Shown: positions 27,163 through 32,000 of the stretch, in pieces
Position numbering within the stretch: the stretch's first letter is position 1
Layout of the letters: each line of letters begins with the position of its first letter
Source: Xylella taiwanensis
GTDB taxonomy: Bacteria; Pseudomonadota; Gammaproteobacteria; Xanthomonadales; Xanthomonadaceae
Direction: 5' to 3'
Assembly: GCF_013177435.1 (NCBI RefSeq)
Contig: NZ_CP053627.1
Coordinates: 2,400,001 to 2,432,000 of the forward strand
DNA length: 32,000 nucleotides
The notes under the pieces: generated by a model
Database searches by the model: none
The model's input: the letters and a program-made list of their open reading frames with translations, nothing else
What the model was told of the DNA's origin: nothing
Program-made: the position numbers and the translations under genes

Positions 27163-30100
27163 ATGAAGCGAATGTTAATCAATGCTACGCAGGCGGAAGA
27201 GCTGCGCGTAGCAATCGTGGATGGCCAGAGCCTGTACGACATTGATATCGAGCAACCATCTAAAGAACAAAAAAAGTCCAACATATATAAAGGTCGTATC
27301 ACCCGGCTCGAACCCTCTCTGGAAGCCGCCTTTGTCGATTACGGCACAGAACGCCACGGCTTCTTGCCGTTGAAGGAAATCTCCCGCGACTACTTCCAAA
27401 CTGGTCTGGACCATCACAAAGCCGGTATCCGTGATTTGTTGCGTGAGGGCCAAGAGATCGTTGTCCAAGTTGATAAAGAAGAACGTGGCAACAAAGGAGC
27501 CGCGCTGACCACGTTCATTTCGCTGGCCGGTCGCTACATGGTGTTGATGCCGAATTCACCCTCAGCGGGCGGTGTCTCGCGTCGCATTGAAGGCGAAGAT
27601 CGTGCTGTACTGAAAGACGCGCTAGAAAAGCTGGACATCCCCAACGATATGGGGGTGATCATACGCACTGCTGGCGTCGGCCGCGACACACAAGAGCTAC
27701 AGTTGGACCTTGACTTTTTGCTGCACGTTTGGCGCGCCATTGCCGAAGCCGCATTGAGCAAACCAGCACCATTGCTCATCTACCAGGAGTCGCGCCTCAT
27801 CATCCGCGCCCTACGCGACTACTTGCGTACCGACATCGGTGAGATTTTGGTCGACACAGAGGAGTTGTATCAGGACGCGCATGAATTCATGCAACAAGTG
27901 ATGCCGCAAAGCCTGTACAAACTCAAGTACTACAAAGACGACATCCCTCTGTTCAATCGCTTCCAGATCGAATCGCAGATCGAAGGTGCCTACGAGCGCA
28001 ACGTACGCCTACCTTCTGGCGGTTCGATCGTGGTCGATCAAACCGAAGCACTCACTGCCATCGACGTCAATTCTTCACGGGCTACCAAGGGTAGCGACAT
28101 TGAGGAAACAGCATTCCAAACCAACCTGGAAGCAGCCGATGAAATCGCACGCCAACTGCGCCTGCGTGATGTCGGCGGTCTGGTGGTGATTGATTTCATC
28201 GATATGTCCTCCTCCAAACACCAACGGGAGATTGAAAACCGCCTGCAAAATTGTCTCAAATACGACCGTGCACGTGTGCAACTTAGCCGCATCTCACGTT
28301 TCGGCCTGTTGGAGATGAGTCGTCAGCGCCTACGTCCAAGCCTTGGCGAATCCAGCCAGATTGTTTGCCCACACTGCGACGGGCACGGGCGGATGCGCAG
28401 CATCGAATCTCTATCACTGTCGATCATCCGTATTGTCGAAGAGCATGCGATGAAGGAAAACACTGGACAGGTGCTTGTCCAGACACCAGTAGAGATCGCT
28501 AACTATCTGCTCAACGAGAAGCGCCGTGCACTTAATGAGATCGAGAAACGCCATGACGCACCAATCATTATCATAGCTGACGAGCAACTACATACCCCGC
28601 ACTACGAGGTTACCCGTCTACGTGAAAACGAATTAGGCGAGGAAACCGGTAAACCAAGTTACCAACGCACCACCTCACGCAAGCTACCGGTGCATGCACT
28701 CACCAAATCGCAACTTAACATCCCGCCAGCACCAGCAGTGAAATCAATCACTCCACCACAACTAGCACAAACTCACGAAAACATACCAATGCGTTTGGCT
28801 CAATCAATGCGAGGACAATCCGCTGAGAACCAGGTACACGCCATTCCGGAACTGGTATCCAACCTAGCTGGTTGGCTAAAACGCATCTTTGGAAGCGCCG
28901 ACAAGTTACGGGCTACAAGCAGTAGCAGCCCTCCCGCTGCCATGCAACAGAGCCGCAATGGCAATATGCAACGCAACGAACAAAACCGTCATGATGGCCG
29001 CATTGCTAGTAGCAACAACCAAGCACAGCAACAGAGCAACAGCAGCCATCGCGACAATTATCGTCATAACGAAAGCAACTATCTGCAAACCCAGAACCAA
29101 GCCACAGCAGACACGAACGGGAAATTACGGAACGAATCACAAACACCAAAATTGCCGGCATATGCCTCGAAACAACCACAGATGCCAAGGCAATCCCAAC
29201 CACCGCTCCCCAAACCACCACGGACGCAAGCGCAACCAACACAGAACGTCACGAAAACGGCGCTAAGTAAACAGCCTGCGTCTGTACTGTATGGCGAAGG
29301 CAACACGTTACAGAAAGCAAAGCAGATGACCCTAACCGCTGAAGCGATGGTCAACAACACGCCTACCGTGACCACCATACAGTCAGTCAAAGACCAGAAT
29401 ACTTCAACACTCACATCGAATGCTGCTCAAGACACATCAAAGAAACTGATTGAAGCCAAGTCGGCCACAAAGACGGAAATTAATACGAATACCGAGATTG
29501 AAATTCAACAAAGTAGTCATGAAGATGCTGCGCACAGTGACGGCAGCAACCGGCGGCGCCGTGGGCGTCGCGGTGGGCGCCGGCGCCGGCGGAATACTTC
29601 TCCAGGAAACGAAACCAGTAATGCAAGCGAAAGCAATACCACCAAATTATCCAACGACACTGAAACCGACAATGTCGACAACATCGAGCCAGGGCAAGTC
29701 ATGTACCCTGCCATGCACGGGAAACAACGCCCACCGGAATTTGAGTTCGATGACGAAGTGCCAGAAGCTCCGATCGCCGTATCATTACGTAGCGCAACAT
29801 CTGCTGCGGGAGATGGGATATCCGCCACTCTCGAAATTACAGATCCTCAGAGCATTATGCGCACGGCGTCGCGAACGAATGTAGCATCGCAAATGGCGTC
29901 CCAAGCTGAATCCAGCGCTACGTCCGTCACTTCTCATACCTCGCCACAAACCACGACGCATACGCATAAAGACGTCGTTTCTGATCCCCCACCAGGACCA
30001 ATTTACAAGGCTCGCACCAACACCATGAGACCCTCTTCAGGGCGCCGTATTGAAACTTTCTCCGCCACAGATGCGCCAACGAAGGCGACTCTATCCGTGC

Positions 30101-30567
30101 ATACAACACCAGCGCCACGTTCGAACGTAAATACTAAAGCCACCAAGACCGAGATACCGAACGGACAAACCAATGCGGACACCAATACGGCACTTCGCCC
30201 AACAGCCACGAACGCACTGGCTGTAACGGCTCAACCAGTGATGGCAATGATGCCTTCGACAACGATAACTACACCACAAACCAAAGTCGTTCCAGCAACT
30301 ACATACAACAACGAGCAAATCGAGACCAAGCACAAGGTCATTGCAAGGGAAGACGAAACAGCCCAACCACTACGAAAACCACGTATGCCGATGCAAACAC
30401 CACTACCCAAGGTACTCGCTCCATCAGAAGACGAGACTCAGGCTCCATTCGTGGGAAATACCACCCGCCTAAGCGAGATTGCTAACACGACTACGACATC
30501 GCAGCAAGACAAATCATTAGTTCGTACACAAAACAAAGAACACAACAATGACCACAATATCCTCTGA
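27163..30567 (+). CDS. rne: Ribonuclease E
   Basis: The N-terminal catalytic half is almost collinear with E. coli RNase E. It has the S1 domain [34 protein letters not shown], the catalytic IDVNS and VVIDFIDM, and the Zn-link CPHCDGHG. About 600 aa of low-complexity scaffold follow, with an amphipathic segment (aa 563-578) and an Arg-rich block (aa 797-810). Confidence 0.95.
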   Translation: MKRMLINATQAEELRVAIVDGQSLYDIDIEQPSKEQKKSNIYKGRITRLEPSLEAAFVDYGTERHGFLPLKEISRDYFQTGLDHHKAGIRDLLREGQEIVVQVDKEERGNKGAALTTFISLAGRYMVLMPNSPSAGGVSRRIEGEDRAVLKDALEKLDIPNDMGVIIRTAGVGRDTQELQLDLDFLLHVWRAIAEAALSKPAPLLIYQESRLIIRALRDYLRTDIGEILVDTEELYQDAHEFMQQVMPQSLYKLKYYKDDIPLFNRFQIESQIEGAYERNVRLPSGGSIVVDQTEALTAIDVNSSRATKGSDIEETAFQTNLEAADEIARQLRLRDVGGLVVIDFIDMSSSKHQREIENRLQNCLKYDRARVQLSRISRFGLLEMSRQRLRPSLGESSQIVCPHCDGHGRMRSIESLSLSIIRIVEEHAMKENTGQVLVQTPVEIANYLLNEKRRALNEIEKRHDAPIIIIADEQLHTPHYEVTRLRENELGEETGKPSYQRTTSRKLPVHALTKSQLNIPPAPAVKSITPPQLAQTHENIPMRLAQSMRGQSAENQVHAIPELVSNLAGWLKRIFGSADKLRATSSSSPPAAMQQSRNGNMQRNEQNRHDGRIASSNNQAQQQSNSSHRDNYRHNESNYLQTQNQATADTNGKLRNESQTPKLPAYASKQPQMPRQSQPPLPKPPRTQAQPTQNVTKTALSKQPASVLYGEGNTLQKAKQMTLTAEAMVNNTPTVTTIQSVKDQNTSTLTSNAAQDTSKKLIEAKSATKTEINTNTEIEIQQSSHEDAAHSDGSNRRRRGRRGGRRRRRNTSPGNETSNASESNTTKLSNDTETDNVDNIEPGQVMYPAMHGKQRPPEFEFDDEVPEAPIAVSLRSATSAAGDGISATLEITDPQSIMRTASRTNVASQMASQAESSATSVTSHTSPQTTTHTHKDVVSDPPPGPIYKARTNTMRPSSGRRIETFSATDAPTKATLSVHTTPAPRSNVNTKATKTEIPNGQTNADTNTALRPTATNALAVTAQPVMAMMPSTTITTPQTKVVPATTYNNEQIETKHKVIAREDETAQPLRKPRMPMQTPLPKVLAPSEDETQAPFVGNTTRLSEIANTTTTSQQDKSLVRTQNKEHNNDHNIL

Positions 30568-30656
30568 AATTGACATACTCGCTTCCAACCACACTCGCAC
30601 GGCCACTGAAACAGTGCCACACCTCTGAAAACAAGTCGAAGCCCTAAACCTGCACT

Positions 30657-30680
30657 CTTTGCCATCTTACGATGGCAAAG
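30657..30680 (+). terminator. Perfect 10-bp hairpin after rne (terminator or 3'-stabilising stem, no U-tract)
   Basis: CTTTGCCATC-TTAC-GATGGCAAAG lies 90 nt downstream of the rne stop. Confidence 0.4.
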
Positions 30681-31271
30681 GGCAGACTTAGATCATTGCC
30701 AGCAACACAGACCATACGTTCAATCCCTGACACTTGAGATGCTTACATCAAGATTCTTGTTAAAGTTATGCCCACACCCACGATAAGTGGCGAATACAGA
30801 TAGACAACGGCAACTAAAAGGTTTTAACTCAAAATTAAAGACAAGAAATGGAACACAGAATAGCTCTGTCTAATAACTACACACAGTAATGAAACAAACA
30901 TGATCTACCAGATCAAAAGCGACGTACAAGATTTTCGAGAACATTACAGCTCAATCATCCAGTACAGCTCGCTTACTACCAAGATTGCACTAGTCAATAA
31001 GGTTCTCAGCTCGATGTGCGTACTACATGAGGCACACTAACCACATCCAGCCTGATCGATCAGACTGAAACCACAGTAGATCAACTCGGCGTAATTCAAT
31101 CAGCAATACGTGATACAGAAGATGCCGCAATCCAGCTCCTAGAGCACTCTTACCCGGAAAATTGTCGTGCACAGCACCTATATCATGCTGTTGAGTGCAT
31201 GTTCATCATCTACCTGATGAACATCATTGTGCGTTGGAAGAAAAAGCTGGATTTCGAATTAGATATTTTAT

Positions 31272-31919
31272 CTAAACTATATTTCCAGGAGCACCAAGTC
31301 CGTACTGCATGGCCAACCGCGCTAAGGCGATGGTATCCCTAACACCCACTTTAGCAAACAAACGCGCCTTATGCGTGTTGATGGTCTTAGCACTGAGGCA
31401 CAACCGCTTGGCAATGTCCTCCTGGCGCAGACCTTGGGTTAACAACAACGCAACTTCCAACTCACGCGGCGACAACATATCAAAAGGTGAACACCCTCCT
31501 TCCAGACTTGAGAGCACCAAATTCTGCGCAATGCTATTACCAAGATAGCGCTTACCCAAGGCCACATCACGGATGGCACACAGCAACTCATTAGCATCGC
31601 TGCCCTTACCGACATAACCGAAGGCACCAACCTCTAACAATCGCTTCGGCAATGGGCCGTCTTCCAATACCGAAACGATGATTACACGGCTACCATAATC
31701 ACCCTTGACCAACCGTTCGGTAATCTCTAGCCCACTCACCCCAGGGAGATGCATGTCGCATAATACGATATTCGGGCGTAGCTTACGGATTTGTGGCAGA
31801 GCCACCTCGCCTGTCTCCGCTTCACCTATCACTTCGAGATCCAATTCATTAGACAAGATCATCTTCATGCCGGCACGCACTAGAGCATGATCGTCGATCA
31901 GAAAAATCTTAATAGTCAT
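31272..31919 (-). CDS. gacA: NarL/FixJ-family response regulator, GacA/UvrY orthologue
   Basis: The 215-aa ORF has a receiver domain (IKIFLIDDHALVRAGMKMIL, CDMHLPGVSGLE). The segments PLPKRLLEVGAFGYVGKG and AIRDVALGKRYL and the LuxR HTH (LSPRELEVALLLTQGLRQEDIAKRLCLSAKTINTHKARLFAKV) are collinear with E. coli UvrY. Confidence 0.88.
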   Translation of the reverse strand: MTIKIFLIDDHALVRAGMKMILSNELDLEVIGEAETGEVALPQIRKLRPNIVLCDMHLPGVSGLEITERLVKGDYGSRVIIVSVLEDGPLPKRLLEVGAFGYVGKGSDANELLCAIRDVALGKRYLGNSIAQNLVLSSLEGGCSPFDMLSPRELEVALLLTQGLRQEDIAKRLCLSAKTINTHKARLFAKVGVRDTIALARLAMQYGLGAPGNIV

Positions 31920-32000
31920 CCTTGTGTCCCTGAATCATATAATTGTCTACCGATGCAAGCTATCCCAACGAATTTTTCAAATCAAACGCATTTGGGTAAC

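Noticed and set aside
26778-27302. A 174-aa minus-strand ORF, with a nested 74-aa ORF at 26935-27159, spanning the rluC-rne intergenic region.
   Set aside because: It runs through the GC-rich rne leader and into the rne and rluC starts. The product is R/A/G/S-rich, as expected from GC-rich non-coding RNA structure. There is no RBS and no motif.
29450-29884. A 144-aa alternative-frame ORF, and the antisense ORF 29517-29828, inside rne.
   Set aside because: Both are generated by the Arg-codon GC island (it reads as [13 protein letters not shown] in another frame). They are nested in a gene whose frame is fixed by collinearity with RNase E.
31031-31342. An open frame reading QLGVIQSAIRDTEDAAIQLLEHSYPENCRAQHLYHAVECMFIIYLMNIIVRWKKKLDFELD, helical and protein-like, in the rne-gacA gap.
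   Set aside because: There is no ATG, GTG or TTG until codon ~57, and the frame runs into the gacA 3' end on the opposite strand. It may be another gene relic but cannot be supported as a gene.
1-32000. I looked for tRNA/rRNA/tmRNA/RNase P/SRP signatures, CRISPR repeats, IS or integrase genes, a dif site, DnaA-box clusters, and long dispersed repeats between the gaps.
   Set aside because: I found none by eye. There were only isolated partial matches (for example TTATCCATC at about 1107) and short hairpins. A proper scan with tRNAscan-SE, Infernal/Rfam, a self dot-plot and ISfinder is needed to exclude them formally.

Overview
The window looks like chromosomal housekeeping DNA from a ~50% GC gamma-proteobacterium of the Xanthomonadales type. 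Gene products and gene order look Xylella/Xanthomonas-like, but this rests on recalled protein families and no search was possible. I can support 22 protein-coding genes: an MsbA-like ABC transporter tail, pcm, tolC, lpxH, ppx, ppk, phoR, phoB, an M48/TPR protease, grxC, icd, a DUF4019 protein, ogt, an NPP-type phosphodiesterase, fdxA, a 495-aa proline-rich membrane protein, nfuA, phhB, a TonB-C lipoprotein, rluC, rne and gacA/uvrY. I recognised no rRNA, tRNA, CRISPR array, transposase, integrase or phage genes. I found no convincing novel multi-gene system and consider this a core region, not an accessory island. Several things are unusual. (1) Only about 70% of the window codes. The remainder lies in ten non-coding tracts of 0.3-1.9 kb that are strongly G-depleted on the + strand. 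They look like neutrally decaying DNA, with faint, unverified traces of lost syntenic genes (ppiB upstream of lpxH, secB downstream of grxC) and orphan ribosome-binding sites. (2) A few islands break that compositional background and are therefore probably functional. The clearest is a GC-rich, heavily structured rne leader in which a hairpin sequesters the Shine-Dalgarno. (3) There are tandem Pho boxes in front of phoB. (4) Short conserved islands sit inside an otherwise drifting RNase E scaffold. (5) A TonB-like anchor/spacer protein lies near a stand-alone TonB-C lipoprotein. CDS coordinates include stop codons. Several starts were moved inward from the longest ORF on the basis of SD sites and N-terminal alignment logic.
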